Below, in pieces: positions 47,925 through 56,047 of a stretch of 63,444 bases of DNA (positions within the stretch are counted from its first letter, which is position 1; every line of letters begins with the position of its first letter). The stretch lies in the IMG/VR virus record IMGVR_UViG_3300044846_000637, positions 1 through 63,444 of that record; one strand, given 5' to 3'. Origin of the DNA: a virus (lineage: Duplodnaviria; Caudoviricetes). A program made the translations under genes and the position numbers. Under the pieces are notes generated by a model that ran no database searches, was not told where the DNA came from, and saw only the letters and a list, made by a program, of their open reading frames with translations.

Positions 47925-48666
47925 TGACGACTTTCAGTTTTGGAGTGCAGTGCTGCTCGATCAGCGGCATCAGCACGGCCTCTTTGAAGCTGCGGTGGTA
48001 TTCCTGCGAGCCAACGTGCGGCAGGGTGATCTCTGGGTCAACAAAGACCGTGAACCCATCTCTGCGTGCGCGCTTGCAGAACGTGTAGTCCTCGCCAACA
48101 TACTGCCCATTGGTCAACTCAAAGTCAAACAGGGCGCTTTCGTTGCGGTTGTACACGTCGTTGAAGTACGTCCACTCGGGATGACTTGCAACCATCTTTT
48201 CCAACACATGGCGCTGGATCATCATGAAGCCTGTAGCCACGTTCTCAACCCGCAGCATGCCGTACTGGTCGAACTCAAGCGTGTTGGCTTCGTCGATGTA
48301 AATGTCCAAGAAGAACTTGCGATCCTCTGCACGGCGAGTGTACATCCCGGCTGTGATGTCCTTGCCAGTGCTCAGCGCCAACAGGCGAAGCACGGACTCT
48401 GCGTCCACCACGATGTCGGCATCGATGAACAACATGTCCGTGCAGTCCGACTCCAAGAAGTTGGCGACCAGAATGTTTCTGGCCTTGGTGATCAGAGAGC
48501 AGCCCGACAGATGCGACAGTTGTACTTGAACGCCAAACTGCGAAGCCTTGACCACCAAATCGGCCAAGGCAAACGAAGTCTTGATGTTCAACTTGCCGTC
48601 GTAAGCAGGGATCGCAATCATCAGTTTGCGACCTGCAACATCCATGGGGCGTGTCTCTTCAGCCAT
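47917..48666 (-). CDS. GT-A fold glycosyltransferase-like protein
   Basis: LMIAIPAY, SLITKARN, MLFIDAD (DxD), ATGFMMI, GEDYTFC, LPHVG. Confidence 0.85.
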   Translation of the reverse strand: MAEETRPMDVAGRKLMIAIPAYDGKLNIKTSFALADLVVKASQFGVQVQLSHLSGCSLITKARNILVANFLESDCTDMLFIDADIVVDAESVLRLLALSTGKDITAGMYTRRAEDRKFFLDIYIDEANTLEFDQYGMLRVENVATGFMMIQRHVLEKMVASHPEWTYFNDVYNRNESALFDFELTNGQYVGEDYTFCKRARRDGFTVFVDPEITLPHVGSQEYHRSFKEAVLMPLIEQHCTPKLKVVNG

Positions 48667-49132
48667 AAAAAATTGTGCAGTGAATGTTTGCGCCCAAGAA
48701 CACGCGAATTCCTTCTTGAGCCAAAATGCCCTGACCGGGAATTACCATAGTGTAGGCTGTAGCGTTTGAGGCGTCAGCTTGAAGCAACATCTTGTTGTAC
48801 ACAGTCACGCTACCGCTTGCTGCACCGCTATCTGCCACAGTTACCGTAAAGACGTTGGCGTTTGTCACAGTCACTTGGTAGGGGTTGTCAGTCAAATCCC
48901 AGTCTAAGTACGCCCACTGGCCGGTAGACAAGCCGTGGTTTGCTGCGGTTACTGTTGCAATGGTTGTAGTACGTGCGTACGTACCGGCAATCGAGGTGTT
49001 TTCAACAAAAGCCGAATAACCTGTTGCGCCAGAAAACGGAAAAATAGTCGCGCCCTTTAAGCGAGTACGAGCTGAAATCATCAACCCCGAAACTGACGCG
49101 TGTTGCGATTTAACGTCCGATTGCATCGACAT
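48659..49132 (-). CDS. Virion structural protein with inserted beta-domain
   Basis: MQSDVKS...IPGQGIL...TIFYG frame; insert TVTAANHGLSTG...YQVTV. Confidence 0.7.
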   Translation of the reverse strand: MSMQSDVKSQHASVSGLMISARTRLKGATIFPFSGATGYSAFVENTSIAGTYARTTTIATVTAANHGLSTGQWAYLDWDLTDNPYQVTVTNANVFTVTVADSGAASGSVTVYNKMLLQADASNATAYTMVIPGQGILAQEGIRVFLGANIHCTIFYG

Positions 49133-49150
49133 AATCAATCTCCTTTAAAG

Positions 49151-49168
49151 AAGGGGCCGAAGCCCCTT
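49151..49168 (-). terminator. cUUCGg hairpin (weak terminator or stabiliser)
   Basis: AAGGGGC-TTCG-GCCCCTT on the minus strand followed by CTTT. Confidence 0.45.
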
Positions 49169-49175
49169 GAGTTGA

Positions 49176-49577
49176 TTAAGCTGCAACAGCGCCGTTCAGT
49201 GCAACGATGGCCCAGCCAGCAGCGGTGTAAATCAAAGTGGCGGACTCGCCCACCCCAGTGAATGTGATGGTGGTGAAGCCAATCTTAGTTGTGGGTGTCA
49301 AAACAGCAGAGCCGCCATCCACAACGTGAGTGATGATTTTCAACTCGCCAGCCGAGCCGTTAGCCAAGGTCAGGGCTTGTGCAGCGCCTGTGGTGGTCAG
49401 GGCGGTGAATGCGCTGGTGACGTTGACTGCGCCAGCGCCAGACAGGGACTGAGTAGCCAGCACCACGTCAGAGCCGAACGAAGCGTTGACGGTGACTGCG
49501 CCAGTGGTGGCGCTAACGGAAACAGATTGGAAGCCGTTCTCGGAGCGAACTGGGCCGTTGAAGGTGGTATTAGCCAT
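49176..49577 (-). CDS. Head decoration / head fibre-like protein
   Basis: MANTTFNGPVRSENGF N-terminus; beta-rich; directly after the capsid gene. Confidence 0.65.
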   Translation of the reverse strand: MANTTFNGPVRSENGFQSVSVSATTGAVTVNASFGSDVVLATQSLSGAGAVNVTSAFTALTTTGAAQALTLANGSAGELKIITHVVDGGSAVLTPTTKIGFTTITFTGVGESATLIYTAAGWAIVALNGAVAA

Positions 49578-49583
49578 GATGAT

Positions 49584-49660
49584 TCCTTACATGCAAGTGG
49601 GGCGTATCTGTCTGCATGTCGTCGGCCCGGAGCCGTCAGATACACCGGAAAGTCCGGGTT
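49584..49660 (-). ncRNA. Kissing-loop structured RNA abutting the RBS of the 49577 gene
   Basis: P1 CCCGGA/TCCGGG, P2 GTGTATCTG/CAGATACGC and P3 ACATGCA/TGCATGT in crossed order, followed by AAGGA. Confidence 0.65.
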
Positions 49661-49676
49661 TAAACAAATATACACC

Positions 49677-49706
49677 AAAAGAAAAGGGCCCACAAGGGGC
49701 CCTTTC
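49677..49706 (-). terminator. Rho-independent terminator after the major capsid gene
   Basis: AAAGGGCCC-CTTGT-GGGCCCTTT followed by TCTTTT. Confidence 0.85.
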
Positions 49707-49721
49707 ATAAATCCCGAAGGA

Positions 49722-50630
49722 TTAAGCGCCGGGAGAACCGTACACGCCCAGAGGGTCAGACACGCCGAACGAATAACGCTCGCGGGCCTTGTAACGGACG
49801 TTACCGGTGTCGAAATCACCATCCATGGAATTCGCCAAAGGCGAACGGATGAAGTGCTTCAGACCGTTAGGCACATCAGTCAACAAGAACCAAGCGTTGG
49901 TGTCGGTCAAGAAGTTGTTGATCGTGTAACCACCGGGGATGGAACCGTTGTTCTTGATGGCGTTGATATCGTTGTCAGCAGTGCCAACGCGGAGTTCAGT
50001 TTCCAGCAAGCGAGTTGCAACGAATTGCAGTGCAGGTGGAACCACCAGCTTCTTGGGCTTAGCTGCGATCAGCAGGCCGCGTTCGTCTGTCCAAGCAGCG
50101 ATCTGAATGACGGCGTTTTCCAACGAAGTCTCGTTCAGGTCGGCAGGAGTAGCCGGACGGTTGCTGTTGACGCCACCAGAGATCAAGGGGTGTGCAGTCG
50201 AGAACAAGGTAACGCCGTCGCCGTAAGTTACGCCAGCGGTAAAACCAGTATTCAAGATAGCAGCAGCCTTAACCTGCTTGGTGTAAGCCATACCACGGGC
50301 CAGAGCCTTGGTGTAGCGGCTGGACAACGAGTCATACAAGTTGTCTTCCACAGCTTCTTCAGTGATGGAGAAGCCCAAAGCGATGGTTTCGTGGGTGTAA
50401 CGAGCAGTGAAGGCTTCCTGAGCGTTGTCATAAGCGATGGCGGAGCCTTCGTTCTTGACGGGAGCTGCGGAGAAGCCAGACAACTTAACTTCCTCTTCAA
50501 AGCTACGCTCTGAAGTCTCGGTCTCGTAGATTTCCTTGTGCTGTTCGCCGTACTTAGCGTACTCCAAACCGAACAAAGCGTTCAAGCCGGGGAGCAATTC
50601 TTTCAGCAGTTGTGCGCGTGAAATAGCCAT
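49722..50630 (-). CDS. Major capsid protein (HK97 fold, Mu gpT/Bbp17-like)
   Basis: MAISRAQLLKELLPGLNALFGLEY, K.EG.AI.YD, DGVTLFSTAHP, DFDTGNVRYKARERYSFG; strong codon bias; downstream terminator. Confidence 0.9.
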   Translation of the reverse strand: MAISRAQLLKELLPGLNALFGLEYAKYGEQHKEIYETETSERSFEEEVKLSGFSAAPVKNEGSAIAYDNAQEAFTARYTHETIALGFSITEEAVEDNLYDSLSSRYTKALARGMAYTKQVKAAAILNTGFTAGVTYGDGVTLFSTAHPLISGGVNSNRPATPADLNETSLENAVIQIAAWTDERGLLIAAKPKKLVVPPALQFVATRLLETELRVGTADNDINAIKNNGSIPGGYTINNFLTDTNAWFLLTDVPNGLKHFIRSPLANSMDGDFDTGNVRYKARERYSFGVSDPLGVYGSPGA

Positions 50631-50640
50631 GATTTACTCC

Positions 50641-51237
50641 TTAGACACCAGTGGTGTTGTTGTACTGGTGCGTGTTGATTTTTACCAACAGCTCGGCGTA
50701 TGTGTCAGCTCCAGTAGCTGTCTCAGGCACAACGTCGATCACACGGATTGGAATGGTGGCAGTAGTGCCAGCGCCGGTCAAAGTGACGGCGAAAGCAGAA
50801 TTACCGGTGGTGGTGTTACCAGCGTTCAGGACGAGCGCGAGGTTAGAACCAACAACAGTACGGCCAGCGGTGCCCATGGTAGTGCCAGAGGTCACAACAG
50901 CGACCTTAAACAAAGCCATCGGGTCATCAACAACGTAGGCCAGCGCCAGATTGGTAGACGTAGATGCCAGAGCGGGGATGAACTGACCTTGAACGGTTTG
51001 GCCGCTCGAGTTCACGTACTGACCGCCCAAGCACACGCCAACAATGTTGCCAGAGTCAGTTGTGGTTGATTTAACGAGATAACCATCGCTGTTGATTACA
51101 ACGGTATCGCCATCGAAAATGGCGGTGCCGAAGCCAGCAGCTACGGGAATCTGACGGATTGCACCTGCGTACGGCATGCCATCAATACGATTGATTGGTT
51201 GCAGACCGTAGGGTGCCGAAACGGTGGGGTAAGCCAT
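50641..51237 (-). CDS. Capsid cement / decoration protein
   Basis: APYGLQP, IF.GD.V, VVDDP..LF; directly upstream of the capsid gene. Confidence 0.65.
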   Translation of the reverse strand: MAYPTVSAPYGLQPINRIDGMPYAGAIRQIPVAAGFGTAIFDGDTVVINSDGYLVKSTTTDSGNIVGVCLGGQYVNSSGQTVQGQFIPALASTSTNLALAYVVDDPMALFKVAVVTSGTTMGTAGRTVVGSNLALVLNAGNTTTGNSAFAVTLTGAGTTATIPIRVIDVVPETATGADTYAELLVKINTHQYNNTTGV

Positions 51238-51255
51238 GTTTGGACTCCAAAAAAG

Positions 51256-51717
51256 TTAAGTGCCTTTACCGAAAGTAACCTTCGTGCTCCGCTCTTTGAA
51301 AAGCGGCATAAGAGGGTTATTCTCACGCATAAAAGTGTTGTCCACTGATTCCATCTGCGACTCAGCCTGTTGGTTGTAGTACGCATTACGTTGCTCAGTA
51401 AACTCCACAGGTGTTTTGCAAAGCAGCAGGCCACCGACTTCGATGCTGTCTGGAAAGCGGTTTTGTGTGCTACCAAACAAACGTACTTCGGGGTGATCCG
51501 ATGCCTTTACGGGCTCCCAGCCCTCTGTCATTTTTGAGGCGTAATTCGTGGCGTCGTCTTTTCCTTGGACTGCAATACGAATCCAGCGAAACGCATAACC
51601 GGGTTCAGGCTTCGGATTGGGCAGAAGCTGTGGTGGCATCCATTTTGCTGGACGCTTGGTTAATTCGCGGGTATCAAGATCGCGGTCAACGCGGGTTTTA
51701 ACTTCACTCATTTTCAT
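51256..51717 (-). CDS. Conserved head-module protein
   Basis: WMPPQLLP, GYAFRWIR, EGWEPV, GGLLLCK. Confidence 0.75.
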   Translation of the reverse strand: MKMSEVKTRVDRDLDTRELTKRPAKWMPPQLLPNPKPEPGYAFRWIRIAVQGKDDATNYASKMTEGWEPVKASDHPEVRLFGSTQNRFPDSIEVGGLLLCKTPVEFTEQRNAYYNQQAESQMESVDNTFMRENNPLMPLFKERSTKVTFGKGT

Positions 51718-52670
51718 TTCCTCATTTCTTCAGCAACCTTACGAGCATAGAGTTCCAATGGAACACCAAGCCGCTTGGCGAGATTTACCTGTGTCTGCGT
51801 CAGCACGATTTTTTTGGTCGCTGTGCTGCGGGTAGCAGGTGCTACGTTTGATTTTGCAGGGCGTGAAGTTGGCGCATCCACGGTCTTCTCAGATTCAAAC
51901 GACTCCGGGAAAACTTGACGAATACGGCTGTTAAGCCGCTCGTAGTACTCATCTGATTTTGGATTGATGCCTGAGTTAATCAGCTTTGTATGCAGCCCGA
52001 GGGCGAAGCTGGTCATCTCTTCATCTTTCCCAAACCACTGATTCTTTTGCTGCCAATCTTGGGCCTTGTAATCGGGCTCAGGAGTAGAAACAAATTCGTT
52101 CTTTGGTTCTGATTGCGTTTGTACATCAGTTTTTTCCCGTTGTAAAGCGGGTGCTTTGATATTATTAACGCGTTCAGCACGCATTGTGGCCGTAGTAAGG
52201 CCAGCTTGGGCCTCTGCCATAGCCTCAGAATCGCCAGATTCGTACGCTTCTTTGTACTTAGACTTGGCTTTTTCAAGGTCGTTTGCCGCAAGCTTTTTGT
52301 AGCTATCAAGAACAGCGGCTTGGTTTTGCCCCAAGGAGCCTTTGAGCTGTTTGTTCTCTTCCACAATTGTCTGAGCAATTCGTAGAGCTTCCTCGCGCTC
52401 ACGGAACGCCGCCTCTTTGGCTCGGCGCTCTTCGTGATAGCCCTTGGTAAAGTGCTTGATGCGCTGCTGAACGCTGGCGTCGTACTTCGATAATTCCTCG
52501 TCGGTAAGCTCCTTTGGAGGTTCCACCATGGGCTTGCGGCCCCGGTCCTCTACAGGAGTGTCATCGACAATCTCTATCTCGTCGTTGCCCCCGACCTCTG
52601 CGCTTGCTTTGTCTTCGGCTTCCGTCTTCTCATCAGGAAACTCAAACTCTGTTTTTTCAATTTCAGCCAT
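51714..52670 (-). CDS. Putative scaffolding protein
   Basis: Acidic coiled coil, W..KNQWFG, C-terminal LTQTQVNLAKRLGVPLELYA; lies between portal and capsid. Confidence 0.7.
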   Translation of the reverse strand: MAEIEKTEFEFPDEKTEAEDKASAEVGGNDEIEIVDDTPVEDRGRKPMVEPPKELTDEELSKYDASVQQRIKHFTKGYHEERRAKEAAFREREEALRIAQTIVEENKQLKGSLGQNQAAVLDSYKKLAANDLEKAKSKYKEAYESGDSEAMAEAQAGLTTATMRAERVNNIKAPALQREKTDVQTQSEPKNEFVSTPEPDYKAQDWQQKNQWFGKDEEMTSFALGLHTKLINSGINPKSDEYYERLNSRIRQVFPESFESEKTVDAPTSRPAKSNVAPATRSTATKKIVLTQTQVNLAKRLGVPLELYARKVAEEMRK

Positions 52671-52673
52671 AAC

Positions 52674-52922
52674 TTACTCCTTTGCCGCAGATTTCAGCGC
52701 CGCAATTTCACGCTTTAACACGCCTTGCGTTGCCAATAGATCGTCAATTATTTTCAAATGGTCCTTGTGTCGCGCTTCCATAATGCTGACAAGTTTTTGA
52801 AAATCGGTGGCCCAAAAGCTCATCTTTCCGGTCAAAAGATTGGCGTTGTACCAAACGTGGTCAGCAGTAATGCCTTCCACGGTAATGCTTTCTTTTATTT
52901 CAAATTGTTCTGCCGGGTTCAT
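52674..52922 (-). CDS. Hypothetical protein
   Basis: ATGA-coupled to the GroES gene. Confidence 0.6.
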   Translation of the reverse strand: MNPAEQFEIKESITVEGITADHVWYNANLLTGKMSFWATDFQKLVSIMEARHKDHLKIIDDLLATQGVLKREIAALKSAAKE

Positions 52923-53317
52923 ACTCTCTGAATCCCTCTTGGGTCTTCAACCACAGCCTCGACAGAATCGTCGTTGATGATTCGCCACTCAGTGCCGTGA
53001 ATCTTCATACGTGTCCCACTATTGGGTCGCACGATCACAAAGTCACCAACTTCGCAGCTTGGTCCGCTTGGAAAGCGTTTCTCATCCTTAAATGCATCAG
53101 GTCCAATCTTTGCCACGAACAATACGGGCGACAGCAGCTCTTCAAACTGCATTGTCTGGTTGGCTTTTAACAAGCCGCCCTCGTATTCCTCTTTGGCTTC
53201 TGGAAGCATGCACAGAAGGTGGTAGGTTTTTGGGTTGGGAATCTGTTTGGCCTTGTCTTCAACTGGTTTGTTGAGTAGGCCAGACAGGTCAACCGCCTGA
53301 ACATTAAAGTCATTCAT
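52919..53317 (-). CDS. groES: GroES-like co-chaperonin
   Basis: EGGLL mobile-loop-like segment, VAKIGP, EVGDFVI, G.EWRIINDDSVEAVV. Confidence 0.8.
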   Translation of the reverse strand: MNDFNVQAVDLSGLLNKPVEDKAKQIPNPKTYHLLCMLPEAKEEYEGGLLKANQTMQFEELLSPVLFVAKIGPDAFKDEKRFPSGPSCEVGDFVIVRPNSGTRMKIHGTEWRIINDDSVEAVVEDPRGIQRV

Positions 53318-53507
53318 CGTCATCATCTTTCATTTTGCGCAGAAGGTCGTTTATTTCGCGCTGTGCGGTCAACAGACCTCGGATAACGCCGCACAGGTTT
53401 TGGTATTCGGCGTAGTCTTTAGCCACGCCGTCCGCCAAATTCTCAATGATGAGTTTCTTTTCGCTCTCAATTTTTTTGAAAGCCAGTTCAAGTGTTGAGT
53501 CGCTCAT
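53310..53507 (-). CDS. Small conserved protein after the portal
   Basis: LADG..KDYAEYQNLCGVIRGL. Confidence 0.75.
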   Translation of the reverse strand: MSDSTLELAFKKIESEKKLIIENLADGVAKDYAEYQNLCGVIRGLLTAQREINDLLRKMKDDDDE

Positions 53508-56038
53508 TCAGACCCCTTGTTGGTTGGTTTTTGACCTTGCATCATTCTTTGCGCATGCACTTGACCGCCTTGGGCCATCTTTTGCGTAAACTGCTGTTGC
53601 TGCTGCATCATGGCCTGCTGCTGCTGAGCCTGAGCTTGTTGTAGCTCTGCCTGCTTTGCTGCGATCTCCAAACCGTGCAGCTCTTGGGCTTGCGCAATCT
53701 CCATCTGCAAGCGCTGCGAGGCCATTTCTGGGTCTTCGCCAACTCTGGCTGCTGACTCGCGGGCCTTGAGAGAGAGCTCTTCTGCCTTGATCTGCAAATC
53801 ACCCTTGACCTTGAGTTGCTTGGTGTCTGAGTCCTGCTTCTTGATCTGGAGCTCGGCCTGCTGCATCTGCATGATCGGGTCTTGCATCTGTTGCTGAGCC
53901 TGAGCTTGCTGGGCCTGCTGCGTATTCTTCTGCATGAGCTGAGCGGACGCTTGCGCCACCAACTGCGAGAGCTGGATTTCAACTTCTTCTGGCAGCGGCT
54001 CGTCTGGAGCTGGCAGTGGAACACCCATTTGCTCTTCAATTTTCCTACGGTACAAGAAGGCCAAGTGCTCTGCGATGTGAGCTTGAGCTGCTGCCATCAT
54101 CTGCTGGGCCATAGGGTTCTGGCCCACTTGCTGAGCAATCATCGGGTCTTGCAAGAATGAGGTGTGAGCGGCAATGTGCGCCTCTTGGTCTTGGTAGATG
54201 AACGCCTTGACCGGTGTCCCCTTAAGCAAGGACATGTTCTCGCTGATGGGGTCGCGGGGTTTCTGGTCTTCAGTCACCGGCACGAGCTTGTCGGCGTTAC
54301 GAATACCCAGCACTTCGATCATCTGGCGGTGCAACTGAGGCAAGTCGTAAATCTGCGGAGCGCTTTGAGCCAACTGAATCACAGCTTGATACTGCATGAT
54401 TCGCTGCGCCATGGTCGAGCTGTTTGGGTCGCTGACTGGAATCACCTCCACCAGATCGTAATCAGCCTGCTTGGCCCGCTTGTCGCCGTACTGTGGGTCG
54501 TACTCGTACTCAGCCGGAGCGTAGTCGCGGATGATCGACTTCAAGAGTTTGAACTCTTGTTTCATTGAGTAGTGAACGCGAGCCTGAACCGCGCTCATGG
54601 TTTTGAGCTGACGCTCGAGCAAGGCCAGTGTTGTACCTACGGGGGCGTTGGCCCCCATGTCGCTGATCTTCATATCAGCAATAGAGCCGAGGCGACGGCC
54701 TTCTTCCGTGATGCGTTCGAGCAACGCAGCCAGAACTTGTGACGGCTCCTTGTACGGCAGCGCCATGATGTTGTCACGCACTGAACCGCTTGGCACGTCC
54801 ACGTCACGGAACTCGCCGGGGGCAATTGGAGTGTCATCTCCCTTGATCCGCAAGCCACGAGTCTTCAAACCACCGGGCAAGTTAGACAGCGTTCCAGCGT
54901 CAATCAACTGGCGAATCAGCGACGTTCCAGCACGCGCGTAGCCACCGATCAGGTGGATGTAGCCAAAGCCATAAGCACCAAAGCCGGGCACGTAGTCGTA
55001 TTGAACAAAGTGATCGCGCTTGAGTTTCAGCTCGTCGTCTTCTTTGTAGTTGCGGTAGATCGACAGAACTTTGTTTGTGCCCTTGTCAATCGTGATGATG
55101 TACGGCAGCGCGATGCCGTCTTTGTCCTCGAAGCCCGGCAGGTCGTAGTCAATCTGAATCTCGCAGAACTGGTAGCGGTCATCGTCATTAAGGGAATACC
55201 CTTGCTCTTCGGCCTTTTTCTTCTCCACATCGGTGTGGGTCTGGACCGGCTCACCCAGCTCAATGTCGCGATAAAAACCTGCGACCTGAAGCTTCTTCAC
55301 ATCGTTCTCTGTCTTGCGCATCACATGCGTAACTCGTTCTGCGGTACGAGCGCCAGACGAACCATAGGGGATGATCACATCTTCAGCCGGAATAAACACC
55401 GACGTCTGGCGTCCCAAACTGGGGTCGTAGTAGACCTTCTTGAACGCTGAGCCAATCAGGCCCAAGTTGAACAGCATCCTCTCATGCTCTGGGCGGTACT
55501 CCGGCATTTCTTCTGTAAGCCGGTAGTTCATGTCTGCCTTGACGCGCTCGGCGGCCTCTTCTTTGAGTCGGTCAACTGCGCCAATGATCTGCGTCTTGAC
55601 CGGACCCTGTGCAGGGAACGTCTCGATGATGGTCTCGGACTGGAACCGCACAGCAGCTTCTGTCAGGATCGTAGAGAAAACGCCACAAGCCCCATTCCAC
55701 GGCTCAGTGCGCTCTTCATACTTCATGCCGAGAACTTCAAGGCCCCTTACGTACATCTCAGTCCAGTCTTTACGGCCCGAAATATCAGTTTCAATCATGC
55801 CCATAATGTCTGAGCCAATCTTCTCCAGCTCCCCGTCGTCCATGTGCTCGGCCAAGTTGTCGTCAAACTCAACGTCACCCATGTCGTCTTCTGGCATAAG
55901 GTCAATCTCAAGGCCATCGATGCCGATCTTCACGCCTTCGGGGTCCTCGATCTCAATCTCAATTACGCCCGGCTCCTCTGTTTCATTTAGCCCCGTGGGG
56001 GCTGCGTACAGGGATTTTTCCATCATGCTCGTTGCCAT
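53504..56038 (-). CDS. Portal protein (P22-like, long C-terminal barrel)
   Basis: GSAFKKVYYD, GFGAYGFG, RQLIDAGTLSNLPGG, PVSDPN, Q-rich coiled-coil tail; follows terL. Confidence 0.88.
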   Translation of the reverse strand: MATSMMEKSLYAAPTGLNETEEPGVIEIEIEDPEGVKIGIDGLEIDLMPEDDMGDVEFDDNLAEHMDDGELEKIGSDIMGMIETDISGRKDWTEMYVRGLEVLGMKYEERTEPWNGACGVFSTILTEAAVRFQSETIIETFPAQGPVKTQIIGAVDRLKEEAAERVKADMNYRLTEEMPEYRPEHERMLFNLGLIGSAFKKVYYDPSLGRQTSVFIPAEDVIIPYGSSGARTAERVTHVMRKTENDVKKLQVAGFYRDIELGEPVQTHTDVEKKKAEEQGYSLNDDDRYQFCEIQIDYDLPGFEDKDGIALPYIITIDKGTNKVLSIYRNYKEDDELKLKRDHFVQYDYVPGFGAYGFGYIHLIGGYARAGTSLIRQLIDAGTLSNLPGGLKTRGLRIKGDDTPIAPGEFRDVDVPSGSVRDNIMALPYKEPSQVLAALLERITEEGRRLGSIADMKISDMGANAPVGTTLALLERQLKTMSAVQARVHYSMKQEFKLLKSIIRDYAPAEYEYDPQYGDKRAKQADYDLVEVIPVSDPNSSTMAQRIMQYQAVIQLAQSAPQIYDLPQLHRQMIEVLGIRNADKLVPVTEDQKPRDPISENMSLLKGTPVKAFIYQDQEAHIAAHTSFLQDPMIAQQVGQNPMAQQMMAAAQAHIAEHLAFLYRRKIEEQMGVPLPAPDEPLPEEVEIQLSQLVAQASAQLMQKNTQQAQQAQAQQQMQDPIMQMQQAELQIKKQDSDTKQLKVKGDLQIKAEELSLKARESAARVGEDPEMASQRLQMEIAQAQELHGLEIAAKQAELQQAQAQQQQAMMQQQQQFTQKMAQGGQVHAQRMMQGQKPTNKGSE

Positions 56039-56047
56039 ATTTAATCC

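Noticed and set aside
45057-50513. Long + strand ORFs 45057-46175, 46431-47306, 47716-48750 and 49326-50513
   Set aside because: They are antisense to well-supported structural genes, cross terminators and intergenic regions, and lack motifs.
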